Origin: Eledone cirrhosa
Taxonomy: Eukaryota
Direction of reading: 5' to 3'
DNA: 64,000 nucleotides
NCBI GenBank assembly: GCA_964016885.1
Contig: OZ024743.1
Span: forward strand, 135,656,001-135,720,000
Shown: positions 1-12,500 of the stretch, piece after piece
Layout of the letters: each line of letters opens with the position of its first letter
Numbering within the stretch: position 1 is the first letter of the stretch
Translations under genes and position numbers: made by a program
Notes under the pieces: generated by a model
Database searches by the model: none
The model's input: only the letters and a program-made list of their open reading frames with translations
Told to the model about the DNA's origin: nothing

Positions 1-2194
1 GATGTTTGGTGCTTGGTGCTTGGTGTTTGGTGCTTGGTGTTTGGTGCTTGGTACTTGGGGCTTGGTGTTTGGTGCTTGGTGCTTGGTGTTTGGTGCTTGG
101 TGTTTGGTGTTTGGTGCTTGGTGTTTGGTGCTTGGTGCTTGGTGCTGGGTGGTTGGTGTTTGGTGCTTGGTGCTTGGTGTTTGGTGCTTGGTGCTTGGTG
201 TTTGGTGCTTGGCGGTTGGTGCTTGGTCTTTGGTGCTTGGTGATTAGTGTTTGGTGCTTGGTGCTTGGGGTTTGGTGTTTGGTGCTTGGTGCTTGGTGTT
301 TGGTGCTTGGTGTTTGGTGCTTGGTGTTTGGTTTTTGCTGTTTGGTGTTTGGTGTTTGCTGTTTGCTGTTTGCTGTTTGTTGTCTGCTTTTTGGTGTTTG
401 GTGTTTGCTGTATCGTGTTTGCTGTTTCGTGTTTATTGTTTGCTGTTTGGTGCTTGGTGCTTGGTGTTTGGTGTTTGGTGCTTGGTGCTTGGTGTTTGGT
501 GCTTGGTGCTTGTTGTTTGGTGATTGGTGCTTGGTGCTTGGTGTTTGGTGTTTGGTGCTTGGGGCTTGGTGTTTGGTGCTTGGTGCTTGGTGCTTGGTGC
601 TTGGTGTTTGGTGTTTGATGATTGGTGTTTGGTGTTTGGTGTTTGGTGCTTGGTGCTTGGTGTTTGGTGTTTGATGCTTCCTGCTTGATGCTTGGTGCTT
701 GGTGCTTGGTGTTTGGTGCTTGGTGCTTGGTGTTTGGTGCTTGGTACTTGGTGTTTGGTTCTTGGTGTTTGCCGTTTGCTGTTTGGTGTTTGGTGTTTGC
801 TGTTTGCTGTTTGGTGTCTGCTTTTTGGTGTTTGTTGTTTGCTCTATGGTGTTTGCTGTTTCATGTTTGGTGTTTGCTGTTTGGTGTTTGTTGTTTGGTG
901 CTGGGTGCTTGGTGTTTGGTGCTTGGTGCTTGGTATTTGGTGCTTGGTGTTTGGTGTTTGGTGCTTGGTGCTTGGTGCTTGGTGTTTGGTGCTTGGTGCT
1001 TGGTCTTTGGTGCTTGGTGCTTAGTGTTTGGTGCTAGGTGCTTGGGGTTTGGTGTTTGGTGCTTGGTGCTTGGTGTTTGGTGCTTGGTGCTTGGTGCTTG
1101 GTCTTTGCTGTTTGGTGTTTAGTGCTTGGTGCTTGGTGCTTGGTGTTTGGTGCTTGGTGCTTGGTGCATTGTGATTAGTGTTTGGTGCTTGGTGCTTGGG
1201 GTTTGGTGTTTGGTGCTTGGTGCTTGGTATTTGGTGCTTGGTACTTGGTGTTTGGTGCTTGGTGTTTGCTGTTTGCTGTTTGCTGTTTTTGGTGTTTGCT
1301 GTTTGCTGTTTGGTGTCTGCTTTTTGGTGTTTGGTGTTTGCTCTATGGTGTTTGCTGTTTCATGTTTGGTGTTTGCTGTTTGGTGTTTGGTGTTTGCTGT
1401 TTGGTGTTTGGTCTTTGGTGCTTGGTCTTTGGTGCCTGGTGTTTGGTGCTTGGTGCTTGGTGTTTGGTGTTTGGTGCTTGGCGCCTGGTGCTTGTTGTTT
1501 GGTGATTGGTGCTTGGTGTTTGCTGTTTGGTGTTTGGTGTTTGGTGTTTGCTGTTTGGTGTTTGGTGCTTGGTGCTTGGTGCTTGGTGTTTGGTGCTTGG
1601 TGCTTGGTGTTTGGTGCTTGGTGCTTGGTGTTTGGTGCTTGGTGCCTGGTGCTTGTTGTTTGGTGATTGGTGCTTGGTGTTTGCTGTTTGGTGTTTGGTG
1701 TTTGGTGTTTGCTGTTCGGTGTTTGGTGCTGGGTGCTTGGTGTTTGGTGTTTGATGCATGGTGTTTGATGCTTGGTGCTTGGTGCTTGGTGTTTGGTGTT
1801 TGGTGTTTGCTGTTTGGTGTTTGGTGCTTGGTGCTTGGTGCTTGGTGTTTGGTGCTTGGTGTTTGGTGCTTGGTGCTTGATGGTTGGTGTTTGTACTTGG
1901 TGCTTGGTGCTTGGTGTTTTGTGCTTGATTCTTGGTGTTTGGTGCTAGGTGTTTGCTGCTTAGTGCTTGGTGTTTGGTGTTTGGTGCTTGGTGTTTGGTG
2001 CTTGGTGCTTGGTGCTTGGTGTTAGGTATTTGGTGCTTGGTGTTTCGTGTTTGGTGCTTCATGCTTGGTGCTTGGTGTTTGGTGCTTGGTGCTTGGTGTT
2101 TGGTGCTTGGTGCCTGGTGCATGGTGTTTGGTGCTTGATGCTTGGTGTTTGGTGTTTGGTGCTTGGTGTTTGGTGCTTGGTGCTTGGTGCTTGG

Positions 2195-5100
2195 TGTTAG
2201 GTGTTAGGTGTTTGATGCTTGGTGTTTGCTGTTTGGTGTTTGTTGTTTGATGTTTGGTGTTTGGTCTTTGGTGCTTGGTCTTTGGTGCTTGGTGTTTGGT
2301 GCTTGGTGCTTGGTGTTTGGTGTTTGGTGCTTGGTGCCTGGTGCTTGTTGTTTGGTGATTGGTGCTTGGTGTTTGCTGTTTGGTGTTTGGTGTTTGGTGT
2401 TTGCTGTTTTGTGCTTGATTCTTGGTGTTTGGTGCTTGGTGTTTGGTGCTTAGTGCTTGGTGTTTGGTGTTTGGTGCTTGGTGTTTGGTGCTTGGTGCTT
2501 GGTGCTTGGTGTTAGGTGTTTGGTGCTTGGTGTTTGGTGTTTGGTGCTTCATGCTTGGTGCTTGGTGTTTGGTGCTTGGTGCTTGGTGTTTGGTGCTTGG
2601 TGCCTGGTGCATGGTGTTTGGTGCTTGATGCTTGGTGTTTGGTGTTTGGTGCTTGGTGTTTGGTGCTTGGTGCTTTGTGTTTGGTGTTAGGTGTTAGGTG
2701 TTTGGTGATTGGTGCTTGGTGTTTGGTGCTTGGTGCTTGATGTTTGGTGCTTGGTGCTTGGTGTTTGGTGCTTGGTGTTTGGTGCTTGGTACTTGGGGCT
2801 TGGTGTTTGGTGCTTGGTGCTTGGTGTTTGGTGCTTGGTGTTTGGTGTTTGGTGCTTGGTGTTTGGTGCTTGGTGCTTGGTGCTGGGTGGTTGGTGTTTG
2901 GTGCTTGGTGCTTGGTGTTTGGTGCTTGGTGCTTGGTGTTTGGTGCTTGGCGCTTGGTGCTTGGTCTTTGGTGCTTGGTGATTAGTGTTTGGTGCTTGGT
3001 GCTTGGGGTTTGGTGTTTGGTGCTTGGTGCTTGGTGTTTGGTGCTTGGTGCTTGGTGTTTGGTGCTTGGTGTTTGGTTTTTGCTGTTTGGTGTCTGGTGT
3101 TTGCTGTTTGCTGTTTGCTGTTTGGTGTCTGCTTTTTGGTGTTTGGTGTTTCGTGTTTGGTGTTTGGTGTTTGGTGTTTCCTGTTTGGTGTTTAGTCTTT
3201 GGTGCTTGGTGTTTGGTGCTTGGTGCTTGGTGTTTGGTGTTTGGTGCTTGGTGCTTGGTGTTTGGTGCTTGGTGCTTGTTGTTTGGTGATTGGTGCTTGG
3301 TGCTTGGTGTTTGGTGTTTGGTGCTTGGTGTTTGGTGTTTGGTGCTTGGTGCTTGGTGTTTGGTGCTTGGTGCTTGTTGTTTGGTGATTGGTGCTTGGTG
3401 CTTGGTGTTTGGTGTTTGGTGCTTGGGGCTTGGTGCTTGGTGCTTGGTGCTTGGTGCTTGGTGTTTGGTGTTTGATGATTGGTGTTTGGTGTTTGGTGTT
3501 TGGTGCTTGGTGCTTGGTGTTTGGTGTTTGATGCTTCCTGCTTGATGCTTGGTGCTTGGTGTTTGGTGCTTCGTGCTTGGTGTTTGGTGCTTGGTACTTG
3601 GTGTTTGGTTCTTGGTGTTTGCTGTTTGCTGTTTGGTGTTTGGTGTTTGCTGTTTGCTGTTTGGTGTCTGCTTTTTGGTGTTTGTTGTTTGCTCTATGGT
3701 GTTTGCTGTTTCATGTTTGGTGTTTGCTGTTTGGTGTTTGTTGTTTGGTGTTTGGTGCTTGGTGTTTGGTGCTTGGTGCTTGGTGTTTGGTGCTAGGTGC
3801 TTGGTGCTTGGTGCTTGGTGTTTGGTGTTTGGTGCTTGGTACTTGGGGCTTGGTGTTTGGTGCTTGGTGCTTCGTGCTTGGTGTTTGGTGCTTGGTGCTT
3901 GGTGTTTGGTGTTTGGTGCTTGGTGCCTGGTGCTTGTTGTTTGGTGATTGGTGCTTGGTGTTTGCTGTTTGGTGCTGCGTGCTTGGTGCTTGGTGCTTGG
4001 TGCTTGGTGCTTGGTGTTTTGTGTTTGGTGTTTGATGCTTGGTGTTTGGTGTTTGGTGCTTGGTGCTTGGTGTTTGGTGTTTGATGCTTGGTGCTTGATG
4101 CTTGGTGCTTGGTGCTTGGTGTTTGGTGCTTGGTGCTTGGTGTTTGTACTTGGTGTTTGGTGCTTGGTGTTTGGAGCTTGGTGCTTGGTGTTTGGTGCTT
4201 GGTGCTTGGTGTTTGGTGTTTGGTGCTTGGTGTTTGGTGCTTGGTGCTTGGTGCTTAGTGTTAGGTGTTTGGTGCTTCATGCCTGGTGCTTGGTGTTTGG
4301 TGCTTGGTGCTTGGTGTTTGGTGCTTGGTGCCTGGTGCGTGGTGTTTGTTGCTTGGTGCTTGGTGTTTGGTGTTTGGTGCTTGGTGTTTGGTGCTTGGTG
4401 CTTGGTGTTAGGTGTTAGGTGTTTGGTGCTTGGTGCTTGGTGCTTGGTGTTTGGTGTTTGGTGTTTGGCGCTTGCTGCTTGCTGCTTGGTGTTTGGTGCT
4501 TGGTGATTGGTGCTTGGTGTTTGGTGCTTGGTGCTTGGTGTTTGGTGCTAGGTGCTTGGTGCTTGGTGCTTGGTGTTTGGTGTTTGGTGCTTGGTACTTG
4601 GGGCTTGGTGTTTGGTGCTTGGTGCTTCGTGTTTGGTGTTTGGTGCTTGGTGCTTGGTGTTGAGTGTTTGGTGCTTGGTGTTTGGTGCTTGGTGCTTGGT
4701 GCTTGGTGCTTGGTGTTTGGTGCTTGGTGCTTGGTGCTTTGTGTTTGGTGATTGGTGTTTGGTGTTTGGTGCTTGGTGCTTGGTGTTTGGTGCTTGGTGC
4801 TTGGTGATTAGTGTTTGGTGCTTGGTGCTTGGGGTTTGGTGTTTGGTGCTTGGTGCTTGGTGCTTGGTGCTTGGTTCTTGGTGTTTGGTGGTCGGTGCTT
4901 GGTGCTTGGTGTTTGGTGCTTGGTGCTTGGTGTTTGGTGCTTGGTGTTTGGTGCTTGGTGTTTGGTGCTTGGTGCTTGGTGCTTGGTGCATGGTGCTTGG
5001 TGTTTGGTGCTTGGTGTTTGGTGCTTGGTGTTAGGAGTTTGGTGCTTGGTGCTTGGTGTTTGGTGTTTGGTGCTTGGTATTTGGTGCTTAGTGATTGGTG

Positions 5101-8100
5101 TTTGGTGTTTGGTGCTTGGTGTTTGGTGCTTGCTACGTGGTGCTTGGTGCTTGGTGTTAGGTGTTTGGTGCTTGGTGCGTGGTGTTTGGTTTTTGGTGCT
5201 TGGTGCTTGGTGTTTGGTGATTGGTGCTTGCTGCTGGCTGCTTGGTGTTTGGTGCTTGGTGAATGGTGCTTGGTGTTTGGTGCTTGGTGTTTGGTGTTTG
5301 GTGTTTGGTGCTTGGTGCTTGGTGTTTGGTGCTTGGTGCTGGGTGGTTGGTGTTTGGTGCTTGGTGTTTGGTGCTGGGTGCTTGGTGTTTGGTGATTGGT
5401 GCTTGGTCTTTGGTGCTTGGTGTTTGTTGTTTGGTGCTTGGTGCTTGGTGCTTGGTGTTTGGTGCTTGGTGCTTGGTGTTTGGTGCTTGGTGCTTAGTGT
5501 TTGGTGCTAGGTGCTTGGGGTTTGGTGTTTAGTGCTTGGTGCTTGGTGTTTGGTGCTTGGTGCTTGGTGCTTGGTCTTTGGTGTTTGGTGTTTAGTGCTT
5601 GGTGCTTGGTGCTTGGTGTTTGGTGCTTGGTGCTTGGTGCATTGTGATTAGTGTTTGGTGCTTGGTGCTTGGGGTTTGGTGTTTGGTGCTTGGTGCTTGG
5701 TGTTTGGTGATTGGTACTTGGTGTTTGGTGCTTGGTGTTTGCTGTTTGCTGTTTGGTGTTTTTGGTGTTTGCTGTTTGCTGTTTGGTGTCTGCTTTTTGG
5801 TGTTTGGTGTTTGCTCTATGGTGTTTGCTGTTTCATGTTTGGTGTTTGCTGTTTGGTGTTTGGTGTTTGCTGTTTGGTGTTTGGTGTTTGGTGTTAGGTG
5901 TTAGGTGTTTGATGCTTGGTGTTTGCTGTTTGGTGTTTGTTGTTTGATGTTTGGTGTTTGGTCTTTGGTGCTTGGTCTTTGGTGCTTGGTGTTTGGTGCT
6001 TGGTGCTTGGTGTTTGGTGTTTGGTGCTTGGTGCCTGGTGCTTGTTGTTTGGTGATTGGTGCTTGGTGTTTGCTGTTTGGTGTTTGGTGTTTGGTGTTTG
6101 CTGTTTTGTGCTTGATTCTTGGTGTTTGGTGCTTGGTGTTTGGTGCTTAGTGCTTGGTGTTTGGTGTTTGGTGCTTGGTGTTTGGTGCTTGGTGCTTGGT
6201 GCTTGGTGTTAGGTGTTTGGTGCTTGGTGTTTGGTGTTTGGTGCTTCATGCTTGGTGCTTGGTGTTTGGTGCTTGGTGCTTGGTGTTTGGTGCTTGGTGC
6301 CTGGTGCATGGTGTTTGGTGCTTGATGCTTGGTGTTTGGTGTTTGGTGCTTGGTGTTTGGTGCTTGGTGCTTTGTGTTTGGTGTTAGGTGTTAGGTGTTT
6401 GGTGATTGGTGCTTGGTGTTTGGTGCTTGGTGCTTGATGTTTGGTGCTTGGTGCTTGGTGTTTGGTGCTTGGTGTTTGGTGCTTGGTACTTGGGGCTTGG
6501 TGTTTGGTGCTTGGTGCTTGGTGTTTGGTGCTTGGTGTTTGGTGTTTGGTGCTTGGTGTTTGGTGCTTGGTGCTTGGTGCTGGGTGGTTGGTGTTTGGTG
6601 CTTGGTGCTTGGTGTTTGGTGCTTGGTGCTTGGTGTTTGGTGCTTGGCGCTTGGTGCTTGGTCTTTGGTGCTTGGTGATTAGTGTTTGGTGCTTGGTGCT
6701 TGGGGTTTGGTGTTTGGTGCTTGGTGCTTGGTGTTTGGTGCTTGGTGCTTGGTGTTTGGTGCTTGGTGTTTGGTTTTTGCTGTTTGGTGTCTGGTGTTTG
6801 CTGTTTGCTGTTTGCTGTTTGGTGTCTGCTTTTTGGTGTTTGGTGTTTCGTGTTTGGTGTTTGGTGTTTGGTGTTTCCTGTTTGGTGTTTAGTCTTTGGT
6901 GCTTGGTGTTTGGTGCTTGGTGCTTGGTGTTTGGTGTTTGGTGCTTGGTGCTTGGTGTTTGGTGCCTGGTGCTTGTTGTTTGGTGATTGGTGCTTGGTGC
7001 TTGGTGTTTGGTGTTTGGTGCTTGGTGTTTGGTGTTTGGTGCTTGGTGCTTGGTGTTTGGTGCTTGGTGCTTGTTGTTTGGTGATTGGTGCTTGGTGCTT
7101 GGTGTTTGGTGTTTGGTGCTTGGGGCTTGGTGCTTGGTGCTTGGTGCTTGGTGCTTGGTGTTTGGTGTTTGATGATTGGTGTTTGGTGTTTGGTGTTTGG
7201 TGCTTGGTGCTTGGTGTTTGGTGTTTGATGCTTCCTGCTTGATGCTTGGTGCTTGGTGTTTGGTGCTTCGTGCTTGGTGTTTGGTGCTTGGTACTTGGTG
7301 TTTGGTTCTTGGTGTTTGCTGTTTGCTGTTTGGTGTTTGGTGTTTGCTGTTTGCTGTTTGGTGTCTGCTTTTTGGTGTTTGTTGTTTGCTCTATGGTGTT
7401 TGCTGTTTCATGTTTGGTGTTTGCTGTTTGGTGTTTGTTGTTTGGTGTTTGGTGCTTGGTGTTTGGTGCTTGGTGCTTGGTGTTTGGTGCTAGGTGCTTG
7501 GTGCTTGGTGCTTGGTGTTTGGTGTTTGGTGCTTGGTACTTGGGGCTTGGTGTTTGGTGCTTGGTGCTTCGTGCTTGGTGTTTGGTGCTTGGTGCTTCGT
7601 GTTTGGTGTTTGGTGCTTGGTGCCTGGTGCTTGTTGTTTGGTGATTGGTGCTTGGTGTTTGCTGTTTGGTGCTGCGTGCTTGGTGCTTGGTGCTTGGTGC
7701 TTGGTGCTTGGTGTTTTGTGTTTGGTGTTTGATGCTTGGTGTTTGGTGTTTGGTGCTTGGTGCTTGGTGTTTGGTGTTTGATGCTTGGTGCTTGATGCTT
7801 GGTGCTTGGTGCTTGGTGTTTGGTGCTTGGTGCTTGGTGTTTGTACTTGGTGTTTGGTGCTTGGTGTTTGGAGCTTGGTGCTTGGTGTTTGGTGCTTGGT
7901 GCTTGGTGTTTGGTGTTTGGTGCTTGGTGTTTGGTGCTTGGTGCTTGGTGCTTAGTGTTAGGTGTTTGGTGCTTCATGCCTGGTGCTTGGTGTTTGGTGC
8001 TTGGTGCTTGGTGTTTGGTGCTTGGTGCCTGGTGCGTGGTGTTTGTTGCTTGGTGCTTGGTGTTTGGTGTTTGGTGCTTGGTGTTTGGTGCTTGGTGCTT

Positions 8101-9545
8101 GGTGTTAGGTGTTAGGTGTTTGGTGCTTGGTGCTTGGTGCTTGGTGTTTGGTGCTTGGTGATTGGTGCTTGGTGTTTGGTGCTTGGTGCTTGGTGTTTGG
8201 TGCTAGGTGCTTGGTGCTTGGTGCTTGGTGTTTGGTGTTTGGTGCTTGGTACTTGTGGCTTGGTGTTTGGTGCTTCGTGCTTCGTGTTTGGTGTTTGGTG
8301 CTTGGTGCTTGGTGTTTGGTGTTTGGTGCTTGGTGTTTGGTGCTTGGTGCTTGGTGCTTGGTGCTTGGTGTTTGGTGCTTGGTGCTTGGTGCTTTGTGTT
8401 TGGTGATTGGTGTTTGGTGTTTGGTGCTTGGTGCTTGGTGTTTGGTGCTTGGTGCTTGGTGATTAGTGTTTGGTGCTTGGTGCTTGGGGTTTGGTGTTTG
8501 GTGCTTGGTGCTTGGTGCTTGGTGCTTGGTTCTTGGTGTTTGGTGGTCGGTGCTTGGTGCTTGGTGTTTGGTGCTTGGTGCTTGGTGTTTGGTGCTTGGT
8601 GTTTGGTGCTTGGTGTTTGGTGCTTGGTGCTTGGTGCTTGGTGCATGGTGCTTGGTGTTTGGTGCTTGGTGTTTGGTGCTTGGTGTTAGGAGTTTGGTGC
8701 TTGGTGCTTGGTGTTTGGTGTTTGGTGCTTGGTATTTGGTGCTTAGTGATTGGTGTTTGGTGTTTGGTGCTTGGTGTTTGGTGCTTGCTACGTGGTGCTT
8801 GGTGCTTGGTGTTAGGTGTTTGGTGCTTGGTGCGTGGTGTTTGGTTTTTGGTGCTTGGTGCTTGGTGTTTGGTGATTGGTGCTTGCTGCTGGCTGCTTGG
8901 TGTTTGGTGCTTGGTGAATGGTGCTTGGTGTTTGGTGCTTGGTGTTTGGTGTTTGGTGTTTGGTGCTTGGTGCTTGGTGTTTGGTGCTTGGTGCTGGGTG
9001 GTTGGTGTTTGGTGCTTGGTGTTTGGTGCTGGGTGCTTGGTGTTTGGTGATTGGTGCTTGGTCTTTGGTGCTTGGTGTTTGTTGTTTGGTGCTTGGTGCT
9101 TGGTGCTTGGTGTTTGGTGCTTGGTGCTTGGTGTTTGGTGCTTGGTGCTTAGTGTTTGGTGCTAGGTGCTTGGGGTTTGGTGTTTAGTGCTTGGTGCTTG
9201 GTGTTTGGTGCTTGGTGCTTGGTGCTTGGTCTTTGGTGTTTGGTGTTTAGTGCTTGGTGCTTGGTGCTTGGTGTTTGGTGCTTGGTGCTTGGTGCATTGT
9301 GATTAGTGTTTGGTGCTTGGTGCTTGGGGTTTGGTGTTTGGTGCTTGGTGCTTGGTGTTTGGTGATTGGTACTTGGTGTTTGGTGCTTGGTGTTTGCTGT
9401 TTGCTGTTTGGTGTTTTTGGTGTTTGCTGTTTGCTGTTTGGTGTCTGCTTTTTGGTGTTTGGTGTTTGCTCTATGGTGTTTGCTGTTTCATGTTTGGTGT
9501 TTGCTGTTTGGTGTTTGGTGTTTGCTGTTTGGTGTTTGGTGTTTG
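2195..9545 (+). repeat. Tandem near-identical duplication, period 3697/3655 bp
   Basis: Paired ORFs 2208/5905, 2985/6682 and 3948/7645 are offset by 3697; 4811/8466 and 5599/9254 by 3655, after a 42-bp deletion near 8150. The copies differ by private SNPs (T3269 vs C6966; G3901 vs C7598). Confidence 0.9.
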
Positions 9546-12500
9546 GTGCTTGGTCTTTGGTGCTTGGTGTTTGGTGCTTGGTGCTTGGTGTTTGGTGTTT
9601 GGTGCTTGGTGACTGGTGCTTGTTGTTTGGTGATTGGTGCTTGGTGTTTGCTGTTTGGTGTTTGGTGTTTGGTGTTTGCTGTTTGGTGTTTGGTGCTTGG
9701 TGCTTGGTGCTTGGTGTTTGGTGCTTGGTGCTTGGTGTTTGGTGCTTGGTGCTTGGTGTTTGGTGCTTGGTGCCTGGTGCTTGTTGTTTGGTGATTGGTG
9801 CTTGGTGTTTGCTGTTTGGTGTTTGGTGTTTGGTGTTTGCTGTTTGGTGTTTGGTGCTGGGTGCTTGGTGTTTGGTGTTTGATGCTTGGTGTTTGATGCT
9901 TGGTGTTTGGTGCTTGGTGTTTGCTGTTTGGTGTTTGCTGTTTGGTGCTTGGTGTTTGCTGCTTGGTGCTTGGTGTTAAGTGTTTGGTGCTTGGTGTTTG
10001 ATGTTTGGTGCTTCATGCTTGGTGCTTGGTGTTTGGTTGGTGCTTTGTGCCTGGTGCATGGTGTTTGGTGCTTGATGCTTGGTGTTTGGTGTTTGGTGTT
10101 TGTTGTTTGGTGTTTGGTGCTTGGTGTTTGGTGCTTGGTGCTTGGTGTTTGGTGCTAGGTGCTTGGTGCTTGGTGCTTGGTGTTTGGTGTTTGGTGCTTG
10201 GTACTTGGGGCTTGGTGTTTGGTGCTTGGTGCTTCGTGCTTGGTGTTTCCTGTTTGGTGTTTAGTCTTTGGTGTTTGGTGTTTGGTGCTTGGTGCTTGGT
10301 GTTTGGTGTTTGGTGCTTGGGGCTTGGTGTTTGGTGCTGCGTGCTTGGTGCTTGGTGCTTGGTGCTTGGTGCTTGGTGTTTGGTGTTTGATGATTGGTGT
10401 TTGGTGTTTGGTGTTTGGTGCTTGGTGCTTGGTGTTTGGTGTTTGATGCTTGCTGCTTGATGCTTGGTGCTTGGTGCTTGGTGTTTGGTGCTTGGTGCTT
10501 GGTGTTTGGTGCTTGGTACTTGGTGTTTGGTGCTTGGTGTTTGCTGTTTGCTGTTTGGTGTTTGGTGTTTGCTGTATCGTGTTTGCTGTTTCGTGTTTAT
10601 TGTTTGCTGTTTGGTGTTTGGTGTTTGGTGTTTGGTGTTTCCTGTTTGGTGTTTAGTCTTTGGTGCTTGGTGATTGGTGCTTGGTGCTTGGTGTTTGGTG
10701 TTTGGTGCTTGGGGCTTGGTTTTTGGTGCTTGGTGCTTGGTGCTTGGTGCTTGGTGCTTGGTGTTTGGTGTTTGATGATTGGTGTTTGGTGTTTGGTGTT
10801 TGGTGCTTGGTGCTTGGTGTTTGGTGTTTGATGCTTCCTGCTTGATGCTTGGTGCTTGGTGTTTGGTGCTTCGTGCTTGGTGTTTGGTGCTTGGTACTTG
10901 GTGTTTGGTTCTTGGTGTTTGCTGTTTGCTGTTTGGTGTTTGGTGTTTGCTGTTTGCTGTTTGGTGTCTGCTTTTTGGTGTTTGTTGTTTGCTCTATGGT
11001 GTTTGCTGTTTCATGTTTGGTGTTTGCTGTTTGGTGTTTGTTGTTTGGTGTTTGGTGCTTGGTGTTTGGTGCTTGGTGCTTGGTGTTTGGTGCTAGGTGC
11101 TTGGTGCTTGGTGCTTGGTGTTTGGTGTTTGGTGCAAGGTACTTGGGGCTTGGTGTTTGGTGCTTGGTGCTTCGTGCTTGGTGTTTGGTGCTTGGTGCTT
11201 GGTGTTTGGTGTTTGGTGCTTGGTGCCTGGTGCTTGTTGTTTGGTGATTGGTGCTTGGTATTTTCTGTTTGGTGCTGCGTGCTTGGTGCTTGGTGCTTGG
11301 TGCTTGGTGTTTTGTGTTTGGTGTTTGATGCTTGGTGTTTGGTGTTTGGTGCTTGGTGCTTGGTGTTTGGTGTTTGATGCTTGGTGCTTGATGCTTGGTG
11401 CTTGGTGCTTGGTGTTTGGTGCTTGGTGCTTGGTGTTTGTACTTGGTGTTTGGTGCTTGGTGTTTGGAGCTTGGTGCCTGGTGCGTGGTGTTTGTTGCTT
11501 GGTGCTTGGTGTTTGGTGTTTGGTGCTTGGTGTTTGGTGCTTGGTGCTTGGTGTTAGGTGTTAGGTGTTTGGTGCTTGGTGCTTGGTGCTTGGTGTTTGG
11601 TGTTTGGTGTTTGGCGCTTGCTGCTTGCTGCTTGGTGTTTGGTGCTTGGTGATTGGTGCTTGGTGTTTGGTGCTTGGTGTTTGGTGTTTGGTGCTTGTTG
11701 TTTGGTGCTTGGTGCTTCGTGCTTGGTGCTTGGTGTTTGGTGCTTGGTGCTTGGTGCTTTGTGTTTGGTGATTGGTGTTTGGTGTTTGGTGCTTGGTGCT
11801 TGGTGTTTGGTGCTTGGTGCTTGGTGATTAGTGTTTGGTGCTTGGTGCTTGGGGTTTGGTATTTGGTGCTTGGTGCTTGGTGCTTGGTGCTTGGTTCTTG
11901 GTGTTTGGTGGTCGGTGCTTGGTGCTTGGTGTTTGCTGCTTGCTGCTTGGTGTTTGGTGCTTGGTGATTGGTGCTTGGTGTTTGGTGCTTGGTGCTTGGT
12001 GTTTGGTGCTAGGTGCTTGGTGCTTGGTGCTTGGTGTTTGGTGTTTGGTGCTTGGTACTTGGGGCTTGGTGTTTGGTGCTTGGTGCTTCGTGTTTGGTGT
12101 TTGGTGCTTGGTGCTTGGTGTTTGGTGTTTGGTGCTTGGTGTTTGGTGCTTGGTGCTTGGTGCTTGGTGCTTGGTGTTTGGTGCTTGGTGCTTGGTGCTT
12201 TGTGTTTGGTGATTGGTGTTTGGTGTTTGGTGCTTGGTGCTTGGTGTTTGGTGCTTGGTGCTTGGTGATTAGTGTTTGGTGCTTGGTGCTTGGGGTTTGG
12301 TGTTTGGTGCTTGGTGCTTGGTGCTTGGTGCTTGGTTCTTGGTGTTTGGTGGTCGGTGCTTGGTGCTTGGTGTTTGGTGCTTGGTGCTTGGTGTTTGGTG
12401 CTTGGTGTTTGGTGCTTGGTGTTTGGTGCTTGGTGCTTGGTGCTTGGTGCATGGTGCTTGGTGTTTGGTGCTTGGTGTTTGGTGCTTGGTGTTAGGAGTT

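Noticed and set aside
2197-2210. TTAGG motifs (TTAGGTGTTAGG) resembling the arthropod telomere repeat
   Set aside because: They arise from a single T->A change in the heptamer, stay in 7-bp register and never form (TTAGG)n tracts.
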